64,000 nucleotides of DNA from Anthoceros angustus (GCA_010909165.1 VJWM01000135.1:496001-560000), one strand, 5' to 3'. Shown: positions 26,831-39,370, counted from the stretch's first letter. The notes: generated from the sequence alone by a model not told the origin. A program made the numbers and translations.

Positions 26831-27295
26831 AGCTAGGTGTGGTGGAGAAAATTGATTTGTCGCTCACCATGACACAGGAGGCGGTGACATTTTATGCGCT
26901 CACCATGACACAGGAGGCGGTGACAATTTGGATTTGTTTGTTACGGCGTTTTGAGAGTTGAGCCAGTGGTGGCTTTGTTGTGGTGCAATGTAAAATTTGG
27001 TTCTGTGAAGATGGTGTGCGCTCGCGAGGCTGTATGGCTGGCCCCTTGTGCGCCACGCCTTTGGATGGCTGCGAGCGGTAGCGTCATGCGCCCTGCGCTC
27101 GAGGCGAAGGGCTGTATGCACCTTCGCAGCCCTGTGCCTCCTCACGCTATCTCCCATCAAGCCCTGGTACGGTTCGTGATGGCAGCGCAACGGCAGGCGG
27201 ATGGGGTCATGCGAAGGATGTCCGATGGCCCATGCCCTCACCCTAAAAGCGAAAACATTGTGTGTCACACAACCAGAAAAGATTCGACACAAACA

Positions 27296-27442
27296 CCATT
27301 AGTGACGAGATCGGGACACGAGGCGGTAGCGACCGATGTCGTCAAGTGTGACGAGTTTTCCGCCGTATGCGGCCGGAAAACTTCTTTGGTCACAATGGAA
27401 AAAAACCCTAAAGGGCCCGTGTGACGAGATCGGTATTCCATA
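27296..27442 (-). repeat. Right terminal and subterminal region of the IS3EU-like element
   Basis: Ends in GGTATTCCATA. GTGACGAG(ATCGG) is repeated at ~27303, 27348 and 27421. A related terminus occurs in the opposite orientation at 38945. Confidence 0.6.
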
Positions 27443-27827
27443 GGGACCATAGCACGTAACGTCTGTCACTTTTGTCCGCCCAAAAAACTATAGTCCGCAA
27501 AAGAAAAACTAGTCGCTCTTGTCCGCAAAAGAAAAACTTTTGTCACGATTGCCCAGTTCAAGCTGTGAGAATATCCAAGCTCTACAGAGGCAGATAAAGC
27601 AAGAATCAGGCACAGAATCTTAAGCTGCCTGTAACAATCCACATGATCCTTGGATAGCTCGCAAAAAGAAGAGCCTGCGACTTAAGAAGCTGGACGCTAC
27701 TAATCACCTATGTACAGTTGGGCTATTGCTCTGGAGGGAACCTACATCCGGCTTATCATAAAAAATCAGCCCTTAAACAATGGTTACAGTTGCGACCAGC
27801 AACTTCAAAAGACAGTCGAAGCACACA

Positions 27828-29810
27828 TCAGGGCTTCTTCAAGCCTGCATACAATGCATCGATTTCACTCTGATAGTATTTCAACAACTGGGGTCGCTTC
27901 TTCTTGAAGGTCGGCGTTAACAGATCCCTTTCCAGATCAAATGGCAGAGGATCCAGATGAACTGCCCTGATGGCTTCAAAACCTTTCAACTTGCTCTTCT
28001 TACCGACAGCATTGAGTTGCGACAATATGTACTCTTTAGCCTTGGGACTTTTGCACAAAGCTTCGAAGTCACCGGCCTCGTCATGGGCCTTTGCCCAACT
28101 CTCCAGCGCATCCTTGTTAGGCACGACAACTGCAACAAGGGATGACTCGAAGCTGTTGCCATAGACCCAAATGGAGTCGACGTCAGAGCACAGCCCATAA
28201 ACGTTCTCCAAATTCTCCACTGCCACATACTCCCCTTGAGACAACTTGAAGATGTTCTTCTTGCGGTCAATGATCTTGAGGGCACCATCTGGTTGCCATT
28301 CACCAATATCACCGGTGTGGAACCATCCGTCCACCAAAACCTCCTTGGTGAGATCATCCCTCTTGTGGTAGCCAGAAAACAAACTCTTGCCCCGGATACA
28401 GATCTCTCCTCGAGGGATGGCACCGAGAGCATCGTAGTTCATTTCAGGCACAGATTCCAGCCGAACTTCAATATTTGGCATTGGAGGACCCACAGTTCCC
28501 TGCATCCCGATCACGTCCGGAATGGACACAAAACTGCCAGCACAGGTTTCGGTTAATCCATAACCCTGGACAACCATAGAACACGTGGACACTCTCAGAA
28601 ATTCTTCAACGTGCTGCGCCAGGGGCGCAGCACCAGACATCACGAGACGAACCCTTCCTCCAAACTTCGCCTTGATCTTCTTAAACAGCAAGAGATCAAA
28701 GAAATGAGATGCATTCTCCTGCTTCGCCCCCTTCTTCAAAGAATCCAACTTGGACTTGAACCCATAGTCAAATATCTTCTTCCGCAACCACCCGGACTCT
28801 GCAACCTTAGCAGTGGCTCCCGAGTAAATTCGATCAAACACCCTGGGCACTCCACAGAAAAAGGTCGGCTTCAACGCCTCCAAATCATCCAACAACGTCT
28901 TCACATCCCCCTGCCAGAAGCCGATGGACGCTCCGCAGTAGATAAACTGCTCCTCCATCGTCCGGTCAAAAATATGAGCCAAAGGCAAAAACGACAAATA
29001 AACATCAGCCTCAGTCATCTGCAAGTTGAGATTCTTGAGCAGACAGTCCCCTGCAGCAATGACGCTCACGACACTCTCATTAGTCAAGCGTACTCCCTTG
29101 GGCTCCCCGGTAGTCCCACTAGTATACATGATCGTGCACACATCCCCCGCCACCGGCGGCGACAGCTCCGCCGGGTTCTCCCTCCCCAGCTGCAAAAACT
29201 CACTCCAAGAGTACCCCTTGACCCCCAATCCCTCCAACTCCCCCCTCTGCGCCTCCGACACCTCGCTGAAACTGACCACTGTCTTCACCAAGTCCCCGCA
29301 ACTCTTCAACGATGGCAACAGAGCGCCAATCTTGCTCTCCTGCACAAACACAATGGGGATCTCCGAATGCTTCAGAATAAATTCCACCGCCTCCGCCCCC
29401 AGCGTATCATACAGCGGGACGCAGTACACGGAATGCCCGTTGCAGGCCTCCATCGCCGTCACCCACTGGGGAGAGTTTGCCCCGTACACCCCGGCCCGCC
29501 CCTTCGGCTCCACTCCCACATGCCGCATCGCAGCCCCGATCTGCAGCACCTTCTCATAAACCTCCTTGTACGTCTCCCAAACATACTCCCCGGCCTTCCC
29601 GCCTACGATCTTCCGGTGGCCTAACATCTTGTTCCCGGGATACTTCTCCACGGAGCGCGCAAACACGTCCCACACCGTCTCCACCCCGGGCAAAGGCGGG
29701 GGAAATCCGTCCTTGGCGAACACGCTGCGGTACACGGGCCCGACGGACGGAGAGCCCTCGCTCCCGGGCCTCCCCTTCTCCACCTCCACCACGTACCGAT
29801 GGACCGCCAT
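27828..29810 (-). CDS. LACS: Long-chain acyl-CoA synthetase (LACS4/5-like), intronless CDS
   Basis: Uninterrupted ORF from MAVHRY, with AMP-binding IMYTSGTTGEPKGV, QGYGLTETCAG and the signature DGWFHTGDIGEWQPDGALKIIDRKKNIFKLSQGEY. Confidence 0.96.
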   Translation of the reverse strand: MAVHRYVVEVEKGRPGSEGSPSVGPVYRSVFAKDGFPPPLPGVETVWDVFARSVEKYPGNKMLGHRKIVGGKAGEYVWETYKEVYEKVLQIGAAMRHVGVEPKGRAGVYGANSPQWVTAMEACNGHSVYCVPLYDTLGAEAVEFILKHSEIPIVFVQESKIGALLPSLKSCGDLVKTVVSFSEVSEAQRGELEGLGVKGYSWSEFLQLGRENPAELSPPVAGDVCTIMYTSGTTGEPKGVRLTNESVVSVIAAGDCLLKNLNLQMTEADVYLSFLPLAHIFDRTMEEQFIYCGASIGFWQGDVKTLLDDLEALKPTFFCGVPRVFDRIYSGATAKVAESGWLRKKIFDYGFKSKLDSLKKGAKQENASHFFDLLLFKKIKAKFGGRVRLVMSGAAPLAQHVEEFLRVSTCSMVVQGYGLTETCAGSFVSIPDVIGMQGTVGPPMPNIEVRLESVPEMNYDALGAIPRGEICIRGKSLFSGYHKRDDLTKEVLVDGWFHTGDIGEWQPDGALKIIDRKKNIFKLSQGEYVAVENLENVYGLCSDVDSIWVYGNSFESSLVAVVVPNKDALESWAKAHDEAGDFEALCKSPKAKEYILSQLNAVGKKSKLKGFEAIRAVHLDPLPFDLERDLLTPTFKKKRPQLLKYYQSEIDALYAGLKKP

Positions 29811-30738
29811 CTCTCCCAGCTCAGCTTCCCCGCTGCCCCGGCTTGATCGCTTCCAGCACCCCGTTCCTTCCCGCGCGACCTCACTCCCGAGCTGCAACAA
29901 TCTCCGGCCTGCTAGCTAGCACGCTGCAACGGAATCACGAACGGCTTCAGAATCTGGACACGAATTTGAGCGCCAAGCTCACGCCGCGCGCCAGCTCCGC
30001 GGGAAGCTTCCGGACAGCAACAAGGCGCCAACAACAAAGCAACAAGGAGCCAACAACAAAGCAACAACAACAGCCGACTCACAATGGCCTGGGGCAGCAA
30101 CCAGCAACCACCGGGACGACCGCTCCGACAGGACCGCCGGCATGCAGCCGCTCCGTCTCCCGCTCGGATACTCTCGCCGGCAATGGAGGCGCTGAGAACA
30201 CGATCGGCGTGCCGCCAACAAACGGCAGCGAGGGAACTAAACGCGGCCGCTCGAAGGCCGTGCTACAGCAGACGCCAAGTCGTTGGACGAGGACAATCTC
30301 GAACGGGAAAAAACGTCGACCCGGACTCCACTGATAGTGATACAGAATTCATCCCTCAACACTTCCTTTCGGGGTAGGCATCTTCTTTTCTGGCTCATTG
30401 CGTCCTCTCGAAGTCACTGCCTTCCTGCCTCTTACCACGACCGGATTAGTAACCTACTGTATCCAGGCTCACCATGACATGCGTTAGGCGAGCTACCTGA
30501 GTATGCACTAGTTTTCTGTTTAGAATGGTCAAGTTTTAGCAACAATTTCAGGGGAGGGGCCTGCAAAATTATTTCCTCTTATTTCACCTCACAAAATGGC
30601 TGGACAATTAGCTGCAGCACCAACTTGAAGGACACGCGGTCCAGACTCCAAGTACTTGAAGGTTGGTACCGGTTCAGAACCTTAGGAGGTGGGAATGGCT
30701 TGATGATGAGCTGGAATTGAGGGCGCTGCCAGTCTTGT

Positions 30739-31981
30739 TTACAAGTAAGGTCGAGGGTCCAGAGTCTTGACATCCACTTTGATATACTCAAGGTCGTCCC
30801 TGCATGCGGAATGGAGGTGTCAGATAAGTGGAGATGAGTTGATCATGGAAGGGAAGAAGGGATGTTCTGGAAAACCTACCTGCGCTTGTATGTTTCCATC
30901 TGCGACTCCGCTTCTTTCTTCATCTGTGCCAGTTCGCCCTTGGCAATGGAGAGCTCAAGCTGTGCTTCCAGCTCATCTAGGGCGTCGGGGTTCAGACCAA
31001 GTCTGCACAACATGAAGCGGTGATGGTTAGACTAGGAAGACAAGAGAGCCAGGTGTATTGTGGGAGAAAGGTGTTGAGGTGTGCCAGTGTTGCTTACTTT
31101 GCGTTGACAGCATCCAGCTCTTCCTTGAACAAAGAAATACCCTTGACGTCATCTCTCACCAGAGGCTTCCCGATCTTCTTCTCCACCTTGTCTATAGCCT
31201 GGAAGACAGCTGATTCGTATCCCGGGATCTCGGGCACGCTCATCCTGCACCACAAGTGCGAAAGATCGTGTCTCCATACAGGAAGCCCTAGTGATGATCG
31301 ACAGCATCAAAGTAGGTTTTTGGTTAGCAGAGTGTCTTGTTCAACATACTCGATGCGCAAACTTCGCTGCAAGAGGTAGAATGTTCTGACATCGGGCGCG
31401 TCTTCGGCAGCACTGTCCAGAAGATCACCGAGCTTCTCTGTGTAGGATGGGATGCTGAGCCTGCAGGTAACCGGCATGCAACACACGTCAATTCCGCCAT
31501 TTGAGTGCTACCAAGGTGTGGCAACAGCTCAACGTCTGCGATCACAGAACAGCATGTCCAACCCTTGGATGCCGCAGAGCAATTACTTTTGCCTGATTTG
31601 CCTCATTGTCGACTGGTACTCCTTCACAGCTCTGTCATCGTTAGGGTCGACATTTATCTTCACGCGCCCTAGCTCTCCCAGGATGGCTCTGAACTTCTTC
31701 TGGGAGGTGACGAAGATACTCTTCACAATATCTTCGACACAAAAATCCAAGCAAAGGCATAAAGCCTCATCAGAAGAGGCCGAGCTGCGTCCTCATCAGT
31801 CTCAACGCCCCTCCCGTCCCCCCCTCTGATGAGTGATCCCAAATGACAAGCTCATCTTACCACTGTCCTCCCCGGCAGGGATCGCCAATCCACGGTGACG
31901 AAGAGCTGAGCCCCGGCTAGCATGGAGAAGCCCCGCACGGGCCCCGAGCGACCCCAGCCGCTGCTTCATCGCGCTCGCCAT
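30739..31981 (-). CDS. MGP1: Mitochondrial ATP synthase 24 kDa subunit FAd (MGP1-like), 6 exons
   Basis: Spliced by hand at GT-AG sites: MASAMKQRLG..|DIVKSIF..KINVDPNDDRAVKEYQSTMRQIRQK|LSIPSY..APDVRTF..|..IDKVEKKIGKPLVRDDVKG..|LG..LELSIAKGEL..|..DVKTLDPRPYL*. This is colinear with plant FAd. Confidence 0.9.
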
Positions 31982-32489
31982 GGATGGTAACCTGGGTAGT
32001 CTGCTGGGCTTTCACACTGTCGGGCCTTTCACATTCAAGACCAACGAACTGCTCACTGCCTGGTGCGCTGGTGAGTCAAGTAATACCTATTGATGTAGTC
32101 TAAGTACGGCTTAGCATGGCATCTGGACCAAGTGCCTACAATAGGTACAGACTTAGACGTTAACCGACTTGTGGTTGCTGTTTAGTTCAGGTACATGGTA
32201 TTTTGTGAAAAATAATTTATACATATTTTTATTATAATAATTTTAACTATTAATTAATTAAAATATATACTAATTTTATATATTGAAATAATTGATGATA
32301 GAATATGATCATCCAATTCATAGCCGAATTGAATTCTAGTCCGGAGAATAATTCACATATTTCCGTAAATGAAACATGCAAACTACCCTATAGAAGAAGG
32401 AGAAAAATTTTATTGAAGTCCACTAAGGACGGATTTCCGTCATGGGACTTGGTACTTAACAACTTGTACCATGGTGTGCCTAAGCTACT

Positions 32490-32612
32490 TGCACCAAGGG
32501 CATCCACTCTCTTTAGGCACCCCATCTAAGTACCAATCTAAGCGCAGGATGTTTAATCACGAAGTTCTTATAAATGTGTGTCCATTTGGCCTAAGCCATT
32601 TGGACACACATA
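32490..32612 (+). mobile_element. Helitron-like 3' end remnant, copy 1
   Basis: Shares CTAAGTACC..TTCTTATAAATGTGTGTCCATTTGGCCTAAGCCATTTGGACACACA with 39481-39565. Confidence 0.5.
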
Positions 32613-34160
32613 ACTATGACTATGAGCGTGGTCCCTTGATGTCACAAAAAAGGGATAAACCTTACCTTAGAAATCATGTAACGTATGTACACAATGCTCC
32701 ATGTCGTTTTGCTTGCAATACACTTCAAGCATGGTATTATGCAGATGAATTGGCCCACTTGTATTGTAAGCCAAGTCTTGTTAGATTGCTGAACTTCATG
32801 CTAGAATGTTGTTCCTTACTAGAGAGTAAATAATTTCTTGTGAGACAAACAATCAAACGATTGAGTGTGCATTACAAGTTGTAAACCAAGCATTAGTTTC
32901 CCCACATTCATTATACAGTGATACCCTGTTGTAAAACCCAATCACTAGTTTTTTAGCACATACCTATTGTACCATTGTTCAGCACATGGTGATAGTAAGA
33001 AGTATAAGGTACATCATAGTCACCCCAACGTGACACAAAAAAATATCTTGACTAAAATTACAAGGAAGTGCAACTTAGTGCAATAGGTAGTTGTACTTAT
33101 GCTTGTCTTTGTTTTGGTGCGCAACTTAGAGCTAAGAGCAATAACAGGTGGTTGTAATTCTACTTGTCTTGTGATTTGTTTTTATTAAATTTTAATTTAT
33201 ATCTGATTATGTATATTTAATTAATCTTTCATAGAGCAAGGACATTCCAAGTATATATGCGCCACAATGAATCACAAAAGTAATCATTAAAAGCTTGAAG
33301 TTCCCTTCCAGCTCTATATATGCTACCACGAATCACAAAAAAAAGTGATCATCAAAAACTTGAAGCTTCCTTTCACCCGACATATAACGAGCTTGTATGC
33401 TCTACGTCTTGTGATTGTAAGGCTTGTGATTGTAAGGTTAAAGGTAATTTTTTTGTATATTCTCTGATGGCTCATAGATCAGTTACATACTAGCCTCTGC
33501 GCCTACTCTTTACTCACTCGCATAGTTTACAACATGGTCTACCTATACCCTTCTTCCATATAATTTGATTTTAAAATTAGAAAAATTCTTAAAATAATAG
33601 CCAAACCCTTGTTATAGAAGAGCTTGGTAGTGCCAAACCTTGGTGGGACTGTTACAGATATAATAATTTTTTTTATATCTTAATTTAGAAATAAGATTCA
33701 GTCTGCAAAACCAGCCGAAGCCCTGTTATAGGAAGGTTGGTGGTGCCGACCCTTGGTGGCACTCCACGGCAACCCGGAGTGTTAAGAATTCGTATTGCTT
33801 TGAGCGGAACTTTGTTAGGAATTCGTATGACTATGAAGCTTATTGGTGCAAGTAAGGTTTGCTTTCTTTTTGCGGTGATATCGGGCAAGTAAGGTTTGAT
33901 TGTGTATGGATCCTCTGGTGTGTCTGTGAGGGGAACGCCTTTACCCCTTGACCCACCCGCATGTCCATCTCACCTCCAATGCGCGCATGGACTGTGCGAA
34001 TGATTTTCCGCCCTTGGGAGCCGAGAATTGTGAAATGAATGAGAGGAATGAGATGATGGAAGGTGTCATTTGCAAGTTGATCTGGGGATGCGAGAATCGA
34101 GGCAATGGCGGGCATACTGACGAGCATGATAACCGCGAATGAGCATGCGCAGGTGCAAAG

Positions 34161-37100
34161 ATGACGGCTGGGGAGAGGAGTCTGGGCCAGGGGCAGGGCG
34201 ACGCTGCTGTTGCGGCCGCCGGGGCCGGGCTGCAAGCTGCGGGAGGAGCAGCAGCAGCAGCAGCAGCAGAGGAAATCAGGGCTCAGACTAAGCAGGTGGC
34301 TGTGCGTGAAGGACAGCCCGATCTGTCCGGGGAAGCGATGGCTCCGGACAGCAACAATGAGGCTGAGCAGCCGGAAGATTCCAAGGACGAAAAGCCCCTG
34401 GCATACAGGAAGAAACTGCTGCAGATGGCGGCTACACACGGCGGGAAATCGGCAGATGACAAGCCGCCGGTCCCGGAAACTCCCGCGGCCGCAGTCGGGA
34501 AGAAGGCGGTAGTGATCGGGAAATTGGATGCCGGCACCGCTGTGAAGAAGGCGATGGTGAGGAAAATGGCAGGGAAGCAGGAAGCAGAATCGGCCACCGG
34601 CAAGAGGCCCTTGGAGGACAAGGCAGGCAGCTCCAACGCTGCGAAGAAGCTGAAGCCGTCCGTACTGGCGAAGGCATCGGGAGCGACCAAGGCGAAGGAT
34701 GAGCCCGATTTTCATGACAGTGATGAAGATGATATTCCCCTTGCGCAACGCAGAGTCGGGAGGAAGGTTGCTGAGGCGCCTGTTAAGGATGGGAACTCGG
34801 GGATCAAGCGTCCTCTAGACGGGAAAGGTACTACCTCGCATTCTCCTGCGGCTAAGAAGGTGAAGCCGAGTGCGAAGGAGGAACCAGCGACGGGAAGGGC
34901 GGAGGTTGGGAAAGGAAGGCAGTCTGGGAAGGCTAAGGATGAGCCGGCAAAGGTGAAAGAAGAACCTCTAAAGCGGGAGCCGGATCCTGATAATGACGAC
35001 GACGACGATGTCCCCCTCGCACAGCGCTATTCTGCGTCCAAGGCCGTATCCGTCAAAAAAGTTTCCAGCAGCTCCGGTGCAAAGGTGGCTACCAAGAAAG
35101 TGCAGGAAACTAAAACCACTAGGACGAGGCAAGTTGAGAAGACAGTGAAGAAGAAGGTGGTGGTGGCTGACAAAAACGGAGGAGGTGGACAGAAGTGGTC
35201 CACACTGGAGCATAACGGCGTTATTTTCCCTCCACCTTATCAACCGCATGGAGTAAAGATGCTGTATGATGGGAAACCTGTAGATCTAACCGAGAGACAG
35301 GAGGAGGTGAGTATTTGCTTGAGGTGCTCTTTTCTTTCCGCCGGCATTGTGGCATGGTTTGAGTGTGTCTGAAAGTTTTAGAGATATGGTTCCAGGAATT
35401 GTTTGTTTGGTCTGCGACTTCTGGTGGATGATTCAGATGAGTGATTCTGGTGTTGCAGGTAGCCACCATGTTTGCTGTGATGAAAGATACAGAGTATGCT
35501 GGCAAGGAGAGATTCATCACAAACTTCTGGAATGACTGGAAACCTCTTTTGGGATCTAGCCACGTCATTAAGAAGTTTGAGCTGTGTGACTTCACCCCAA
35601 TCTATGAATGGAACCTCCAAGAAAAGGAGAAGAAGAAGCTGATGTCTACGGAGGTAAATGTCTGGCTCTGTGCATTTGGTTTTTGCTGTCAGTCGTCCAG
35701 TGAGCAGTTTTTTGTCACATGTTTTCTTCAATTTGGAAGTCTCAGGCATGTTTCTTCTTTACCCTACTGTTTGACATCCTGCAAGTACTGGGCTCCTCAG
35801 TACCTGCCTTCCTGGGAGACATTACCTTGCGTTTTGCAAAGACTGGGAAGTTATGATAGCATGTGAGCTCAGTGGTACAGTGTATTGTTTAATTGTTCAG
35901 GAGAAGAAAAGGCTGAAGGAGGAGAAACTGAAGATGGAAGAGAAGTACATGTGGGCACTAGTTGATGGTGTGAAGGAGAAGGTTTGTCTTGTTTGCAGTT
36001 TTTCCAATGGCACGTGAGCATGCCACAGTGTGAGAGAATGCATCCTGAAGCAGTTCACTGGTCTGGTTCACTTATATAGTTTTGATGTTTTGGTCAGGTT
36101 GGTAACTTTAGGGTTGAACCGCCGGGGCTTTTCCGTGGTCGAGGAGATCATCCAAAGGTAGGAAACTTCTGGCTGACTTGAATGATACACAGCCATTTGC
36201 TATGACATGTTCTAGTAAGATGGGGTTTGTTTCTTGATTACTGAGCTTGAGTGTTGGTATGGCAGATGGGAAAGTTGAAGAAACGTATTCAGCCCAAAGA
36301 TATTGTCATCAATATTGGGAAAGATGCGCCGATACCAGAGTGTCCCATCCCAAACACAAAGTAAGGAGTGTATATCTTCATAGTCATGCACCTCTTGGAG
36401 TGAACCTGCTATGGACTATGGGTTGTCTTTGCTAATGCTTTAACATGTGAATGCTTCATGTAGGTGGAAAGAGGTGAGGCATGACAATACGGTCACATGG
36501 CTTGCCTACTGGAATGATCCCATCAACCCAAAGGACTTCAAGTATGTAGGACTAGCTGCCAGCAGTAGTCTGAAAGGGCAGAGTGACAAGGAAAAGTACG
36601 AGAAGGCTCGATTATTAAAGGTGAGGTTTGATTACGAGGTTGCTTGCTATCAATATGGTCATGGACTTTGCTGTCAACCTGATTGCCTGGGTATCTCCTC
36701 TCAGGACTACATTGATGACATTCGGAAAACCTACACGAAGAATTTCACTTCGCAAGACATGGCCAAGCGACAGATTTCTGTTGCGACATACCTGATTGAT
36801 CGCCTTGCCCTGCGAGCAGGCAATGAGAAGGTTAGTCTCCTGCAATTTTACTAGTTTTACCCACCCTCTTTCTTCCAGCAAGATGGAAGTTTGCCCTTCC
36901 TGCTGGGCCCTTCGGAATATATTTGCTTAGTTGGAATCTGTTCTAATCAGGATGAGGAGGAGGCGGACACTGTTGGCTGCTGTTCTCTCAAGGTTGAGCA
37001 TGTATCTCTTGTGCCTCCAAGGTCCTTAGAGGTAATCCTTGTCCCCTTCTCTGATTCAGTCTGTAGCAGGACTCGAGAACTAAGACGCTGTATCTGTCCC

Positions 37101-38426
37101 TCTTTGCAATATGTCACTGAAGAAACGTTGGGATTGGTTTCCAGTTTGATTTTTTAGGAAAGGATTCCATCAGGTACAACAACACTGTAGAGGTTGAAGA
37201 GAAGGTCTACAAAGCTATTGGTGACTTCAAAAAAGGTATTCATCACCAACGTCTAGATAGTAGGTTGATTTTCCTTCGTCATAGCGTTCTAATACTGTGC
37301 AAATCTCCGTGCTGCTTTATGCTGAATATTAATTCACTGATACTTGGATGGCCCCAGGGAAGAAGGAAGGGCAGGACCTCTTTGATAAGCTGGATACAAA
37401 TAAGCTTAATGCTCATCTGAAAGAGATAATGCCAAATTTGACAGCAAAGGTGTTCCGTACATACAATGCATCCATCACATTGGACAATTTGGTGAGTACG
37501 CACTCAGTGATTTCCATTTCCGGTATTTCTTCTTGAGCCCAGGTTGACGCCAATGACTCTAATGTACAGCTATTTGACGAAGAGAGTGAAGGAACCACGG
37601 TAGTGGAAAAGATTGCCGACTACCAACGTGCAAACAAGGAGGTCTCATCTCTCAGCTTGTTTCCTTTTGGAGTTCCTGTCCTTACACTTCGGTGTAGTAG
37701 GTGTCAATGCTGTTGTTTCGTCTTGAGTCCAGGTTGCTATTTTGTGTAACCATCAAAGAACGGTGTCAAAGACACATGGTGCACAAATGGAGAGGCTTCA
37801 AGGCAAAATGGCTGAGATCGAGGTATGAGTAGTTGCCCTGCCCTTCAAACTTCTTTTGCAGGGTGTAGGTTGGACATTTAATTCACCCATCGTTCCTTGT
37901 GGCAGTCTGCTCTGGAAGAGCTGACCTCTGACCTGGAGAAATCAAGGAAGGGGAAGCCTTTGGGCAAAGACAAGGAGGGAAAACCAAAGAGGAATATGGC
38001 CCCAGAAATGTGAGAACTGCATGTGAACTTCACATGTTACAGTCTGCATGGTCTATTTGTCCTTCTACTGGCTGTTTGTCACTCGCGTTTGCCCCAATGC
38101 AGGATAGAGAAGAAAATAGCACAACACCAACAAAGGCTCGAGAAGATGAAGCTGGACATGACTATCAAAGATGATATGAAGACGGTTGCTCTTGGGACGT
38201 CGAAGATTAACTACATGGATCCCAGGATCACCGTAGCCTGGTGCAAGCGGCACGAAGTACCTATTGAAAAGGTGAGGTGGTCCACTCTCATCACAGGGCA
38301 CTTTCCCGACTCCAAATATCCGTCCCTGGTGTTCTAACTACCCGTGTTGGCGCGCAGATTTTTAACAAATCTCTGTTGGCCAAATTCGCTTGGGCCATGG
38401 ATGTGGAGCCTGATTATAGGTTCTAG
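34161..38426 (+). CDS. TOP1: DNA topoisomerase IB, ~15 exons
   Basis: [67 protein letters not shown], catalytic SKINYMDPR, and C-terminal KFAWAM..YRF*. Confidence 0.97.
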
Positions 38427-38944
38427 GGAAATTTGATATTTATCTTACCTCATGCGTGAAGAGTGCCTAATTGGGTGCATCTTGCATGATGGGTGTGGGG
38501 AAGGCCGCACCCATCACCTGTGGCATGGGAGCGGCTTTGTTGCCTGGATGTTTCCTAATAAAGTGCACGTTCACAACTGGGAACAAATTTGACTTTGCTT
38601 ATCTGGCTTGCTGAGCAAGCTGACATTTTCACCGATTACCCTCTCGGTCCTAGGGACCGCCTTGTGTGTACGTGTAGTATGTACCCTCGATTTTTGACCG
38701 GAGGCGGACTGGGACTTTAAACAATTTTTGGTCCAAGCTATGTACATTGTACATACGTCCGATCTCTTTCGTGAAAGAAGACTTTACGTCCGATCTCTTT
38801 TACACTGTGATTCCTGTAGGAGCCACCGGTTTTGGACATCCTAATATCGAATAATTTTTATTTGCAGAGTACATTACTTTTTTATGCATGGTACATCTAA
38901 GCATCATTATTATTCATAATCATCCACGGATGTATTGAGTAGTC

Positions 38945-39120
38945 TATGGAATACCGATATCGTCACGGGCCATCCATATCTTTTTAGGGTTCTGTACATA
39001 CAGAAATGGTCCCACCATATGGAAAGAAATAGTCCCACCGCATACGACTGGACTATTTCTTTATGTCACGGATGACCACATGGGTGTTGGTTGCGGCCCC
39101 CGGTGTACTGATCTCGTCAA
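38945..39120 (+). mobile_element. Terminus of a non-autonomous or decayed relative of the IS3EU-like element
   Basis: TATGGAATACCGATATCGTCACGGGCC..TTTAGGGTT matches the reverse complement of 27405-27442. A weaker copy starts at 39712. Confidence 0.55.
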
Positions 39121-39370
39121 GCTGATGATGCACACAAACTTTTTTTTTATTGCCCACTTGTGGTTAGGGTTGTGCCAGCCACTACAGGCACGTTTGGTGA
39201 GAACCCTTCTGCATTTGTTGTAGACCCTTGCATTGTGCGTCTCTGTGGCTGTGCTTTCGTGTAGCTGTGCGTCTGCGCAAACTTGAACATGTGCCTTGTT
39301 TCTGTGAGTGCAATTACGCAAGCATGACCCCAAGTGTGGAGTTTTCTGTTTGAAATTGGGGGTATCACTT

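Larger units (their letters stand above)
1..27442 (+). mobile_element. Giant (>27 kb, left end outside window) IS3EU-type DNA transposon with cargo genes
   Basis: IS3EU-type transposase motifs at 23.8-26.4 kb. The block ends ...GTGACGAGATCGGTATTCCATA at 27442 (5'-TATGG on the - strand), matching the TAY..RTA termini of IS3EU. Composition and degenerate tandem structure are uniform and stop abruptly ~400 bp before the LACS stop codon. Whether all 27 kb is one element is inferred. Confidence 0.6.

Noticed and set aside
27296-27310. TAGTG as a CACTA terminus
   Set aside because: No CACTA transposase is seen, and homology to the 38945 copy points to the TATGG end instead.
27402-27412. AAACCCTAAA telomere-like motif
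   Set aside because: A single unit inside the transposon terminus.
28611-30334. 337 aa and 285 aa plus-strand ORFs
   Set aside because: Antisense shadows of the GC-rich LACS gene.
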